The notes: generated by a model not told the origin, from the letters alone. A stretch of DNA of 62,453 nt, filler included, from Dimargaris cristalligena (GCA_003614675.1; 11 parts of 11 records of this genome joined end to end with filler, not necessarily neighbours in it); one strand, 5' to 3'; positions 49,331 to 62,292 are shown, counted from the first letter of the whole stretch. Numbers and translations are program-made.

Positions 49331-51140
49331 TCCTACCTACAGTGGTACATTAAAAGCACGGATTGAACATCCCCATCCACGCACATATCTGAATAGTCAT
49401 TGTTTTTTTTTGTTACGTGTGGTCCAGCCCAACGGTATAATCGACGGGGCTAGGAAGGAAGGAAGGGTTGGGTGGGGTTCTTGGAATAGCAACCGCAGTC
49501 GTTATACCCTCAACAGCATTGTCCAATCAATGGAAAGGGAGAATAGTCTTGGCGAGATAGCACACGGCCTATTCTGGGATGACATCCCCCATTTCGCCAA
49601 TCGGTTTGGCTTGAACAAGGGTCGCTAGAGGACAGGGTGGACGCACGGCTTCACAGCGACTACCATCTGGGATAGGCCCAGCCATGCGGTAAATACTAAA
49701 TAATCTGGTTAATGAGAGGGGCTTTACTTTTTGAAAATAAATAAATAATATACTTCCCGCCTAGTTCGCTCTTTATATTTCACCCAAAGCCGTATACATT
49801 GGGATTAAATTGAGTCTATTTTAAAAAGCCACGATTCAAACCTTATAACTATGACCTAAGAATTATAGGAAACATACAATTGAGACCAGCCAAGTTGATT
49901 TGTGACTGTGTTAACATATAAGTGTGGGGTAACAGGGAATTTCTAGTAAAGTATCAGAAAGTCCAATATAGCCAACATCTAAGTATATATGTGTGTATCT
50001 GTGGGAGGGGGAGGGGGCTAATTAACAATGTCAATAAGAGTTTGAGACAAATCTTAAAAAACATTATATATAAACCCTTCAAAAATGTGGTACCATTAGG
50101 TAATTGAAGAGTACTTATTGCTATGAAGGAAAACTATATTTTAACCAGGGAAAATACTGGCCAGAAAGCTAGACCATGGCTGCATGTTTAGAAAATGTAC
50201 ATTTTCAGTGTAACACCATACCTATCACCCTGGGTTGGATACACAGTGGCAGCATGCCAGTGGTGGGGTTTCCTCAACTATTCAGTTCTGTATCAGGAAG
50301 CCACCAAACATGGTCCGGAATTGTGCAGGTGGATTAAAGACATCAGTAATATATATGAACATCCCTATATGGGAAAAAGCACCCCAGTGCATCATTATAG
50401 TAGGCCACCTTTTCTATGGAAACAGCTGGCTCTATGATGGGCATTTAACACTAGTCAGCCACCACTCAAATGCCTTCTCAGACAGATCTCTAGTGCCATT
50501 TCTGAGTAAATCTATATTCCCCTAGATTACACCCCATTTTTTCCTTTGCCTATATATGTTGGCAGAATTTAATAAAGTCCTCCAGGGTTTTTGAATGAAT
50601 AAGAAAGTGGAAACCCCAATTTAACTAATAATGGCCTGCCTCATCAAACAAAAGTATAACATAGAGCTGGACTGAGTGGATTCCCTTATCTAGTTTAGCC
50701 CAGTAGTTTATTATCTACTTATCTTTAGTTAATAAATCCATATGGGTGAAGTCCAATGTAACTATATAACGATTTGGATGAAAGTTCCAATTGATGTAGC
50801 AGTACTATTTTTTTTATTGAAATGGAAGATAGGTACATTAATGGGACTTTTTTTTAAAATGAGGGAAAAATGATCCCCGACCCTGTGATTAATCATAAGA
50901 CCTATAATAAATCTATGAATAATGACTTGGGAAAGCCAAAAAAAAAATATACTATGTAAATTAATGTCTGGCAACCGGACTAGCAGCAAATTAACCTTCT
51001 TTAACTACTTTTTACTATTTTTCAATACTTTAAAGCTACTTTCTACTACTTATTAAAGGACTATTCCTATACTGAATCAAATTACAATAAACTTAAACTT
51101 TCTTTTATATATAATCTTGCAGCTAGTGTATAAATGCAGT

Positions 51141-51240
51141 NNNNNNNNNNNNNNNNNNNNNNNNNNNNNNNNNNNNNNNNNNNNTTAATTAATTAANNNN
51201 NNNNNNNNNNNNNNNNNNNNNNNNNNNNNNNNNNNNNNNN
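51141..51240. other. Artificial contig linker
   Basis: 44 N + TTAATTAATTAA + 44 N. Confidence 0.98.
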
Positions 51241-51801
51241 ACCGAAGCCAATGAATCGGAAAATGAGGGTAGTTCTTCTAGTAATAACCTACACAACACC
51301 GCACCATTCCTACGAGACGCCGCGATAAAAGAATGGTCGCCTGAGCCCCGCTGGACTCAGTCTCACCGCCCCACCAATGAACCCCAATATCGGCCACGCG
51401 GGCCCGGCTCCACTTCCGATTGGGAAGATTTGTCCAAATGGCCGGTCACTAATCAAAGGGATACCCAAATCTCGGTGGTAGGAGCACCCGAAGCCAACTA
51501 CCGCAACTGTGAGGTACCTTCTCCGACTGCAATGTGGAGGGTACCTAAACTTTTATCACGATTTGTATGCCCAGTGTGTCACCGTTGGTTCCACCGTCCC
51601 GAATCTTTAAACCAACACCAAACCGAAACCCATAGTGGCAATCCATGTCTGGAATGCAATACGTGTGGGGGCTCTTTTCTTATAGATTCCCCGACAAATC
51701 GCTCCCATCGAGGCCGCCTAGTACCCGTCGGGTGCCCATTTTGCCAATCACCTTACCAAATGAACGCCCGGTACAAGCCCCGGTCCGCAACTCTGCCGTG
51801 A
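51241..51801 (+). CDS. C2H2 zinc-finger protein, 5'-truncated
   Basis: Frame is open from the contig edge. FVCPVCHRWFHRPESLNQHQTETH, then CNTC and CPFC pairs. Confidence 0.7.
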   Translation, partial: TEANESENEGSSSSNNLHNTAPFLRDAAIKEWSPEPRWTQSHRPTNEPQYRPRGPGSTSDWEDLSKWPVTNQRDTQISVVGAPEANYRNCEVPSPTAMWRVPKLLSRFVCPVCHRWFHRPESLNQHQTETHSGNPCLECNTCGGSFLIDSPTNRSHRGRLVPVGCPFCQSPYQMNARYKPRSATLP

Positions 51802-52529
51802 ACTGGATGCCGTGGAATGAATGCCATAGTCTGCCCCTAGTCGACAGAATCTGACATGCTACAGTTAACAGCTAGATAAATAAGCGGTTCTTCGGTACGT
51901 TCTGATTTCGACAAGAAACCATCGGCTATTGTCAACTTACAATAAAACTATCCTTCTGGGGGAACATACCACTCTATACCCATACTTGCAGCCCAAAGTC
52001 GTTCTCCACAAACCTGAAGAGACGGGTTGCTTCAAAGGCTGAAGCGTAACCATAATACAGCATATAGGATGCTTACATTCCGGTTACTTTTCAAGCGATT
52101 ACATATATCTTTACACCATATACTACCCATTCTACCTTACAAGCGTTCATTATTATAACATTGACTAGTCGCTAGAAGCATCGAGAACACGCTAGTGGCT
52201 AATCGTAAATATCTTCCTATACGCTTGTTGCAGACCTGCGTAAATAATATAAAACTGGTATATTTAATACCTATTCGCGAAACCTTCACATATCTCACAG
52301 AAAAACCAGTATTTTTTGTGCGGCATTCACTCCTTCCCTCTGTAGAACAATTTTTATTGGGGTCTAATTGTGGTGATAAAGTAAAGGTTAGTTATATGGT
52401 TTATTCTATTCTAATAAATCCAACTTTTAGGAGAAATCCAGACCACGCACACAGGGTAGGGCTTTGGCTACTGGATAAATTCACCATTAATATTTTGAGC
52501 AAATTCGAAAATAATGTGGGCGAATTGGT

Positions 52530-53151
52530 CTACATTGTCATTCCAATTTCAGGTAAAGAGCAGGCGGAAGAATTTGGCGAGGGGTAGTCGGAATAGCTCT
52601 GTCCCTCCACCGGGACCATATTATTCAATAAGTCGCGCTCTCCGTCGGCCCAGGAAGTGGGAACATATTTCCAGAATTTTATATCCCAGTACATTAAATG
52701 GTGGGTGGCTAAACGAGCACTAGGAGTATGCTTCTGACTTCGGCATCCAAATTTAGTCTCCATGGCATTATTCAGGTCGCAAGCAAAGGTCTCGTGCGTA
52801 CGCGGGCAGATGTAGTATTCTTGGTTAAAATTACGGTAGGACCACCACTTGGGCAATAAAACGGGGATCACGTCGCGTCCATTGGTTACGCGGTGCACGT
52901 CTTTAAACTGCATCTTATTAAAGTGCTTGACGAATTTCTTGTTTCCAATCCGGGGCTGACCATAGGTATAGAGTTCGATGCGAGCTGCGTAATAGGGATT
53001 CCTTCCAAACTCCTCCGCGGCCAGGTTGGCCAGGGCTAGCTCGGGGAAGGTGCAGTTCGCACCATACACCATATAAGCAGATAGAGGAAGATTGATAAAG
53101 GGAATAAAAAAAAGCAGGTGGCTGAGGGTAAGTGGATGATTCTCGGAATGG

Positions 53152-53187
<36 letters not shown>

Positions 53188-54279
53188 ACCCACTCTCGCA
53201 AAAGCGCCACCCCAATTCCACGGCGGGGAATATTAACTCCGGGCTTAATGGTTCATGTCGCAGGAGAAAGAAACCACGAATCAGGACCATAATGCCAAAA
53301 TAATGGACATCGACCTGGCCTACGCCCACCCATATTCCTTGTTTAGAATCCATTTGGGCCTATTTGCCGGAAAACTGGATATTGCGGGGAAAAAACCTCA
53401 CAACAAATGGTACCCAATTTAAATCAATGACATATTGGTCGGAACCTACCTCCACCGAGGGAATGTCCAACAATTACTATACGAGTGTTCCGGCTAGACT
53501 CCAATTCTTTCGAAAATGTATCATAGAACTCGCTCCGGCTCGCCTGATACGATTCGGCAAACCCCGTATGAACGCGAGACCCCTTCACAGCCTTAGGGTA
53601 ATACTTTTTAAACAGTCGGAGATCCGTCACATAGGAAAACATCTCTTTCGAACCACTGAAGGCCAATATCATGAGTTTCTTGGATTCGTTGCGGGCCACA
53701 TAGCCCCGGATGTACGGGTGGATCTTATTGAACTGGTGAACGATAGTCGTGCCATCAGTTCGGCCCAGGTGTTTACATGGTTCACATTTCCAGTCCGTAA
53801 CATCAACGTAAGCCGCCGCGGCATATCTAACCAAGGGTGTGTTAAAAAGAGAGCGACCCAGCCCCGCCATTACAGAAAGTAGTGGGTTCCCGAAGAAGTG
53901 CAGAATTAGTCATGGAGATAGTAAGAATACGAGCCGAACATAGGGATATGGGGTATTTAGCAAAGCAGCCATGTGGTAACTAATGTATATTATACTGAAC
54001 TTACTCAGCGAACACCCTGAGTTCATTTATTTCATTGTCCGAAATCTTCACCAACTTCGGTGACCGACTGGGCAAGTCGTTAGATACATCCTTCGAACCA
54101 GTCTTAACAAGCCAATTTCCGAATCCTTGTGAGCCGACTATCGGATTAATCGATAGTAATAGCCCCAGTAATCCGAAGTAAATGGAACCAATCTAATGGA
54201 CGGTATTATACCCCCCAGAAAAAAACCGTCAGTGAATATATATTTTCTATAAAAAATGCCTTGGAAGCACTATGTTCAT
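52530..54279 (-). CDS. Secreted class-3 (Rhizomucor-type) triacylglycerol lipase, ~359 aa. Exons 54271-54279 (tentative), 54005-54192, 53450-53826, 52530-53035
   Basis: Motifs VHTGF, VGHSLGGALA, YTYGQPRIGN, RVTNGRDVIP and HLMYW. Splice phases are consistent. Signal-like IGSIYFGLLGLLLSINPIVG. Confidence 0.9.
53153..53183. repeat. (CT)n microsatellite in a lipase intron
   Basis: Seen directly in the sequence. Confidence 0.9.
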
Positions 54280-56809
54280 GGGTATGCACAATAGCCAATA
54301 TACGCGGAAACAAGATTATCCGAATGATATCCATTTTGCTGGAGTCGATAATGAAGAAGTGGGCACTTACCATTGCAACGATACGAACAAACGGGCAGGG
54401 AAAGAATGGTTAAAGCAGATATACAGGGTGGGTAATTTAAAAGCCCAATGTTGACAAAATCTACCCACACGCAGTAAAATAATATAATGAATACTATTGG
54501 ATTTATGCAATGGCACACTGGAAATAGGTCGAAACTACCCATGTGCAAAAAGACAAAAAGATGAGGGAATCTTAGGGGGTCGTTGTAGAGTTAACCGTCT
54601 TGTGGCAGCCTCGGCGGTATATATTTATATCCGGTTTTTTAGGGAAGGAGGACGGGGGATTGAACACTCCCGAAAATTGACATCGTGAAAAGTGGTTGAG
54701 TATGTGCGGGTCAGCTACAGGCACCATGGGAAGTACCCCATCCCCGAATTAACGGCACCCGGAAGTAGTCCCACAGAGGACTATGAAGTATATAGAACAG
54801 GGCCTCGACCAATTATGGTGGGGCCTCACCACCGCAGGTTCGACTGGACAACATGCGTTGCATCGACTTATCGCTTCCATTCTATGGCCGTTCATTGTAT
54901 TCATCTGTTAAACCTATCAACTCGATTTGAGAAGGGGCTTTTCCGGAGATTGGGTTTCTATTGGCGGCCGATAGGGGAAGAGTAACGTTAGAGGAAAAAA
55001 TCATAAGATTTAAAGGCCGCTTTCTACCACGGAAATCTCTAGGAAAACCACGGTCCCTACTTTTAACATTCACCCACTTTGAGGGGCCCTCCGCCATGCT
55101 GTGAACTCTCTGTGGGTGTCATAAACAAGGTGCATTATCTATACGTTTTTTTGGTTCGTATAGTCCCGCTCGCAACATGTAAACCTAGGGTTGGCTAAGC
55201 CTCCCCATCTCAAAAAGAAATCCGAAAAAGTAGTAGAATTTGCGAGTTGGTTATTTCCCATACATAAATGTCTCAGTCTGTGCCATACGCAATCGGTGTG
55301 TACCAACCTAACCTCGTTTAATAGGCACTCTATCTTTATTTGCACTCGCGCCCCAGTTACTATTTAATCGAGAAAATTATAATACAAGTATGGGCATCGT
55401 ATCTAAACCAAGTGCGAAAAAGTGCATAAGATTTTGGGTAAAGGATATAGCTGGGCAGGGTTTTTAGGGAGTACGGCTGTTGGAAGGCCCAGTACTGGAA
55501 GACCACAGCGTCGCTCATTCCCTCAATATTGACCATTATTTAACTCTAATTCTCGAGTGTTGCTTTGGAAATGAATTGAAGGGGATAGTCCGCAATGTAA
55601 TTCATATCACTAGTGTATGCAAAGATGTGGACGGGCTGTTATATTGACTGCTAGTTGAAAAAATAACAGGGAATAGAGGGTCCTACGGAGGCCAACCGTA
55701 CTAACACCACCATTGCGGTAGTCTTGGTGGCACTGTCGAATGGTCCGACACACATATATCCAGCGAGGAATGTTTCTTTTCGAAAGGGTAGGTAACCCCG
55801 AATCCCTTGATACAAATGGATGCACCCCGGCACAGTGAGTGTGTTCCGCCAGATTGGCTCTATGATCCATTTGGCAGCGGATAAATCGGACTTTCCTTCC
55901 AACCAATATGTTCCTTGGACTGCAACCGCCAATTAATGTTGAGTATTCAGTGCCTAGGACATCACCGGCCCCCGCCAATGGAGGAGACACACCAACGTGC
56001 CCTCGTACTGTCGCCCCCACCCAGACAGGCAGCGAGCAATTGCATTTCTAGGTAGCCAACAGAGATACAGGGCATAAATTACGAAATAACACATACCACC
56101 ACGAATTTCCTGTCTTGATAACATAATTGACATTGGAAAAATTCCCTGCCTAGCTTACTTGTTACAGCACTACTATTATATATCTTTGATACTAGCACAC
56201 TATTAAAAACAGCGGCCATTCAAAATGATATAGCACATGGAGAGCCCATATGCCATGTCCTTTTATTAATCGACTACACTCCAACGTGACAAAAAAATGC
56301 CAAAAGAAAACTAATGCAAAAATATCATTGGTTAGCATCTCGTCAAAAGGGCTCCACGCGATATAAGTGGTGCAAAGCAAAAGAAAAACACCGTTGGCCC
56401 CACGGTCCAATATGTGGGCCATATCCCTACTTTCGATAATTATGACAGTGTTGTCTGCGTAGAAAAGTCCAGCCGACCATAACTACCCGATATATAGGAT
56501 GATTGGAGCCCTCCAGCTGCGAAATCCCCTCCACCCCCCAAAAAAACGTCTTTAACAATAATTGGCCAAAGAAAGGGGGATGAATTCGAGGTTGTGCCTC
56601 GCCCAGTTGGACTGTCCTACTTGGACTGCCGCACGGTAGTGGATAGGGTACGCCCTAGTTTTGTGACACCTGGAGTATGGGAGAAGAGTAGCGCCCTCTC
56701 GTTACCCTCGATAGCGACGTCCGCTTCAACTGTCCAGTTTGGCCACCCGTTTTAGGCTAGGCCCCCTATACAATGAGTTAAGTTATTCGCCGCTAGTTTG
56801 GCCCTAAAT

Positions 56810-56909
56810 NNNNNNNNNNNNNNNNNNNNNNNNNNNNNNNNNNNNNNNNNNNNTTAATTAATTAANNNNNNNNNNNNNNNNNNNNNNNNNNNNNNNNNNN
56901 NNNNNNNNN
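56810..56909. other. Artificial contig linker
   Basis: 44 N + TTAATTAATTAA + 44 N. Confidence 0.98.
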
Positions 56910-57631
56910 TTTGTAAACCCCCCCCCCCCCCCCTTCCCCCGTGATTTTATCGGGGTCTAGCGCGTTCGCTCGTTTATCCCCCTCTCCGTTATATCCTGTG
57001 GAGCTAGAGCACGCTCAAGCGTATGGAGGAAATATGATTTATCGCCAGACCAAAATTAATATGTCCTTATATTGACACTCGTTCATGTATCTTGTTAATC
57101 ACCACAACTCACCGCATCATGATTCAGCACTTACAGTTTCATGGTATACAGTCTTATTTGCATTTAGTCGTATTTTATGTGACCCTATTTCAAAATTCGT
57201 GTATAATTAAAAATTGTGTAATCAGGGCAGGTAGATTCCTAGACCCACGCTGATTTTCAAATAGGATACACCCATCTGTACGAGATTCGGGCAATTCCCT
57301 ATCGTAATTATTACAATATTCCTCCCTACCTCGACTCCCAATTTAAATGCTGTATCTATCTTGTGGAATGATGGTTGTATAGGGCATGGGTTTACTAACA
57401 GTCCATTGATATAGCGAGAAATAATAATATGATTACATTGGGACTTAGGGCACATTTCAAAATAGCGAAATTGTCTATGTGCGTATGGGTATGAAATTGA
57501 ATAGATCCAAAACAAAGACTTCAAACAGCCTCCAATGCTCCCGAGAAGCATTTGGTTAAAAACAGATGACGCAGATTAAATGCAAATAAGACTGTATACC
57601 ATGAACTCAGCTGAATAGTTTGGTACTACCC

Positions 57632-58862
57632 CTAGTTCTGGTGGGCATTTAGAGTATTTTTAATGCACTCATCATAGGATGGTAGCTCATCCGGTGAGGA
57701 GTCCCGATTGCCTGCGGTCGCAGTAGAAGGTGCAGTCGGATTATTTGCGATGTTATTCCGAGTATTCGAAGAGGGACCTGATCCAGATTGGGTACTAGTG
57801 ACCGCCGTCACCGTCGCTGCTGCTGCCGCGGCCGATGATTGTGGCTCATCAGAGTCGCGCCCCGCCGAGTAGGGTGGTAGAGGTTCCAAGACCACCGGAT
57901 TCGTATGGCCTTCCGCCAGTCGTTCTTGTACGTTACGCAAAGCCGATGAGAAGTCAAATCCACCACCTTCATTAAAGACCAGTCGCACGGCGCAGGGACC
58001 GGGCAGTTGCCCCTGGGCGACGGGTAAAATCACGCAGTGGTAGGCATTGGGTGCGAACCAAGGTTGGACGAATTGACCGTCCCGGATACGACTGATGGGG
58101 ACAGTGAAATTGGCAAAAGGTCCCGTTGGGAGGTCGTTGATGTAAAGCATGCGTTGGTTGCTAACGTAGACCGTACCCGAGGCGGCCTGTAGATTTATAT
58201 TGCTGCAGTAGTATGGGTTAGGATGAGGAATATACAGATACCCACCCAGTCATGGGGGTTTAAAAATGGAGTTTCGGTTAGTTGGTGGAAGTATGTACAG
58301 TAATGTATTTTAGTTTTACTACTTCCCGGCTCCTGGGTGCAGCTCATAGTTGGTCAAAGTAAAGGTTATAGGCGACGTTATCCGTTTGACTGCTCGGCAT
58401 AGAACGCCGGGTGTACCTACCTACTTCCAGGATAGCCACTGAATATAGTCCAGCAAGGCGATGTCCGAAATGATATATGTGGTAAATTCAAAACATCCAT
58501 AGATGTATTACTGGTATTAGTTGGTCTATCGGGGAATAATATGTCCTTTAAAATTGGCCCAATGTGCCGAAGAAAGGGGCGCGAGGGAGACAGGGGGGGT
58601 TGCCTTTGTGCCGCAACGTCAACTCCTAACCAGTTAAGATTGGCGAGGGTTGGTGTAGCGGCACCATGCGTCATACCAATAAGCCATTAGCCACTCTCTT
58701 TCCAGAGCAATCCAGCGGAATGGGCGTACCAACTACGAATAACACCTACTTTCCATGTTCCAAGGAGCATTTTACACGGCCTTGCTGGAAAAAGAACTTC
58801 TCTTGGGGCAACGGAATGGGTGCCCGGCTGGACGGGTCGAACATGACGCAGTTCAGGGCCAT
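57632..58862 (-). CDS. WBP2: WBP2-like PH-GRAM protein with PY motifs, ~233 aa. Exons 58750-58862, 58421-58438, 57632-58202
   Basis: MALNCVMFD...PIPLPQEKFF, GTVYVSNQRMLY, FVQPWFAPN and LVFNEGGGFDF. LPPY and LPSY motifs. Splice phases are consistent. Confidence 0.8.
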
Positions 58863-59614
58863 TCTAAAAATAGCGTTTGGTGTGAGGAGTGGAAACAAAA
58901 GAAAAAGGAGGTACTACTGCTGTTCTGGGCCGTTCGCTGGAATGGAGAAATCAATAGGAAGAGGGTGAAAATAAGGTATTCGGAATGTCGCCCATAAGAA
59001 TGCGGTGAGCCTATTAGAGTGCCAAGCCCCCACAGTGTCATATGGGCCACTAAAAATCCATTATATTTCGATGGCATAGTTTAGGCAAAACAGTTCCCAT
59101 GATTGTCATCAGACTGAGAAAATGAATGGATATTGGGCTAAAATTCCGCACTGGCGTAATATAAGGGAAGGGGTTTTATAAGGCGTTGGCTGAATAATTG
59201 AATTATAATACAACTCCCTACTATTTTCTAAATCAAGGTGCCATGTAGTTTTACTCAAAGTGTGAACTAGCCGTGTGGGGGGATTGTTGACATTTTCCCG
59301 ATCCACTAAAATAAACAGGAACACCATTTTATTTCAACAAGACTATAGATAGATGGCTTTGTCAAGCCCTAAAAATTAACCAAAAAAAAAGACAAGTGGC
59401 TAGTCAACAGCCGTTCTTTTAGATAATGAACAGAGGAGCGTAGGGGGCATATATAACTGAGATGATTTAACTAGCTGGGTTTCAGTATTTCTCACATTTA
59501 AACTAATATAACGATATGGGTACACCCTAGGCCCGAATTCTACCGCCAGGATCGATCTATGCCTTCAAAGACTCGGCGGCTTCCAGGTAGCGGTTGCGCA
59601 GGGTATCCCATTTA

Positions 59615-60172
59615 TTGGGAGCCGAGTCTGGTGTTAAAGTCCTAAACAGTCTGGAGCTTCTTGCTGTTGACGGTATCGCGGAAGCGGCTGGAAGAGGGCT
59701 CGGTGTCTTCGTTGGAGCCGAACTTAGTATTGAAGCCCTGAACAGTCTGGAACTTCTTGCTGTTGACGGTATCGCGGAAGTGGCTGGAAGAAGGCTCAGT
59801 GTTTTCGTCGAAGCCGAATTTAGTATTGAAGTCCTGAACAGTCTGGAACTTCTTGCTGTTGACGGTATCACGGAAGCGGCTGGAAGAAGGCTCGGTGTCT
59901 TCGTTGGAGCCGAACTTAGTATTGAAGCCCTGAATGGCCTGGAACTTCGGGCTACTGACGGTATCGCGGAAGCGACTGGAAGAAGGCTCGGTGTTTTCGT
60001 CGGAGCCGAATTTAGTATTGAAGTCCTGAACAGTCTGGAACTTCTTGCTGTTGACGGTATCACGGAAGCGGCTGGAAGAAGGCTCGGTGTCTTCGTTGGA
60101 GCCGAACTTAGTATTGAAGCCCTGAATGGCCTGGAACTTCGGGCTACTGACGGTATCGCGGAAGCGACTGGA
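59615..60172. repeat. 96-bp coding tandem repeat, ~5.8 copies, with a 192-bp A-B higher-order unit
   Basis: GACGGTATC[AG]CGGAAG recurs every 96 nt. Confidence 0.95.
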
Positions 60173-60262
60173 ATAAATTTCGTCACTATCCTCGAAAGGA
60201 GCCGCCTGGGTAAAAGCAAGAATAGCAGCGAAAGTCACGGAGGTTGTAGCCGAAAACTTCAT
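59642..60262 (-). CDS. Secreted tandem-repeat peptide precursor, 206 aa, six 32-aa units
   Basis: Signal MKFSATTSVTFAAILAFTQA, then repeats of SSSRFRDTVNSKKFQTVQDFNTKFGSDENTEP. TATATAAA about 150 bp upstream. Confidence 0.85.
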   Translation of the reverse strand: MKFSATTSVTFAAILAFTQAAPFEDSDEIYSSRFRDTVSSPKFQAIQGFNTKFGSNEDTEPSSSRFRDTVNSKKFQTVQDFNTKFGSDENTEPSSSRFRDTVSSPKFQAIQGFNTKFGSNEDTEPSSSRFRDTVNSKKFQTVQDFNTKFGFDENTEPSSSHFRDTVNSKKFQTVQGFNTKFGSNEDTEPSSSRFRDTVNSKKLQTV

Positions 60263-60408
60263 AATGAAAAGTATTGCGTAGTTAAACTGGGGGTTGTGGG
60301 GAGTATATGGTGAAGGGGAATGCCTGGGCGAATAAGTAGTCAAAGAGCAATGGCGTTGGGTAGATATGGGTGAGGTGGGTTGTTGAACAGAGAGCGACTA
60401 AGCGCTCT

Positions 60409-60419
60409 ATTTATATATA
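60409..60419 (-). promoter_or_regulatory. Putative TATA box of the repeat-peptide gene
   Basis: TATATATAAAT on the minus strand, followed by a pyrimidine-rich leader. Confidence 0.5.
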
Positions 60420-62210
60420 GTTGAAGAAATGATGGCAGTGGTTAAGCACACCGGTCAGATAGCATCGGCGGCTCTATAATTGACCCGGGGGACTACCACA
60501 TTTAGCCAAGCCGCCATTGTAAAATGTAGCCCTCCTTCGCTGCCTAAACATCGATGAAAGGGGCAATATAGCCAACTTTCACGGCCCATGTTCAAGACTC
60601 TACAGTGGTACAAGGAAATTCGAACTATTCTATGGACCACCAGCTCTTGTATGCTCCGGATAAAATATACCAGAGTATTTCCTACTTTTCATATTTTCAA
60701 GTAAAGCAACCCTTACTACAGGGCTCCTGGACCAGACTATAGCTAGCCCCCCTCGCAGGCCTCAACCTGAGCCAGTTGGCCAGGGTCATTGCCTATTATA
60801 TTATGTAAGACTGATTTTACTGGCCACACCTGCCTCAATTTCTATTCGCAGGAGGATATAATGAACAGCCCAACTCCAAAGCTCTGGAGGAAAAGGCCCT
60901 CCGGCTTTTACATGTCTCCTCACTAAAAGGACCGGCTATATAATTATCAGGAAACCTCTTCTTTGTACTTTAGCCCAACCAATGCGCCGGCTCGAGATCC
61001 CATGGTTAATGAATATTGAAGAATAAGTGAAATCGTCTGCGCTACATCAGGCATGTGTCTCGCAGTAGTACATGGCAAGGGTGGAGGGAAAATATGACCT
61101 ATTCTTCTTTTCCATAGACGATTCCTTTGGTGCTAGGGCATTTTTCCATAATCGTTGCCACAAATTTCCAAACCTAGGGGGAAATTTACCCAATAGTTCG
61201 ATTGACCTATTTTATTTATTATAATTTTTAAAAAGATACCGATTTGGCCAGTCGAACAAAAAGGCATATCCCCTCTTCGACTACTGTCGGGAAGCGCTAA
61301 ACTAGGGGAGAGGAGCGTCCCCTCAATGCAGAAGATACACTCTCAATGGTGGTGAGGTGGCGGAAAAGAGAGGCGCCCAATAGTCCCAATGGGATATAGC
61401 GGGATTATATTAGTCCGGCCCCATGTTCTTTAGGTCTCGAGCTTGATAAAGTAGACTGGAAACACTCTTCGGTATATGAAATAAGAAACAGCGTTCATTT
61501 ATTATATATAAAATGAATATAGTCGAAAAGAGCAATTTAATATACTTAGAGACGGTGAATTCTTTGGTTGGTTGCCGTTGATTTCTCCTCCCAAAGCCAC
61601 ATCACTGGCCTGCTTTTCGGACCATCTAGTATTCACAAATTATAGGCCGTGGCCACCACTGGGCATATCGCTACTTGCCGTTTCATCCAATTTAAGTTTT
61701 TGAAGGCTATCGAACACCCTGGCTCTAATGGTGGGCGTAGCCAGACGCGACTATTAGTGTAACGAATTGGTCGACGAGGGCTAAAATAACTAATACTGTG
61801 TGGAGGAATAACCGCATTGAATTTTTTATTAGAACAAGACATAGAAAGCTGGTGCGGAATAAATCGCTTCTCGTCGTATACCCTATTTATCTCGGTTGAC
61901 CGACAAGGGTCGTAACAATTTTCTGCCAGTCCGGAGGGGGCGATTATAACGCGAGGAAACATTTGGTAGGGCGCTCCCATTGGCAAGGTTTGCTAATGCC
62001 CTGGATTCTGGGGGGTTAATCTCACACGACGCTTAACGTCGAATTAAAATGTTATGGAATACCTCGTCATTGCCATACTTTCCAAACTATGTACCGATGA
62101 TAAATTACTATAGAATACCAATTGGTTTACATTTCGCGACAAGTACAAGAAAGTAAACTGAATCCAAATCAACTAAACAAAAAATTTGTATGAAGTTGAC
62201 AAAAATATTT

Positions 62211-62292
62211 CGACAACAGCAGGATTTGAACCTGCGCGGGCGGAGCCCATATGATTTCTAGTCATACCCATTAACCACTCTGGCATATTGTC
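62211..62292 (-). tRNA. tRNA-Ser(AGA), intronless, long variable arm
   Basis: GACAATATGCCAGAGTGGTTAATGGGTATGACT-AGA-AATCATATGGGCTCCGCCCGCGCAGGTTCAAATCCTGCTGTTGTCG. T-run terminator just downstream. Confidence 0.95.

Noticed and set aside
50230-50415. Minus-strand IMMHWGAFSHIG resembling the Tc1 transposase VMVWGAFS motif
   Set aside because: No DDE motifs are recognisable nearby. The match is too short to support, although the region is CpG-poor and may be a decayed element.
55610-56020. ORFs of 136 and 93 aa as genes
   Set aside because: No ATG start, no recognisable domain and no splice support.
5625-56909. TTAATTAATTAA recurring about every 5.7 kb as a biological periodic element
   Set aside because: It is always centred in 88 Ns. 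It is a contig-joining linker, and the period reflects size-sorted contigs.
59615-60172. CRISPR-like array
   Set aside because: The whole unit repeats with no unique spacers. It is a eukaryotic coding repeat with no cas genes.
59557-60313. Three overlapping long ORFs (220 aa minus, 239 aa plus) as overlapping genes
   Set aside because: A 96-bp unit without stops keeps several frames open when repeated. Only one frame has ATG, a signal peptide and a TATA box.
61633-61986. 117-aa ORF near the tRNA
   Set aside because: No recognisable motif or signal peptide. Possibly a decayed gene, but unsupported.
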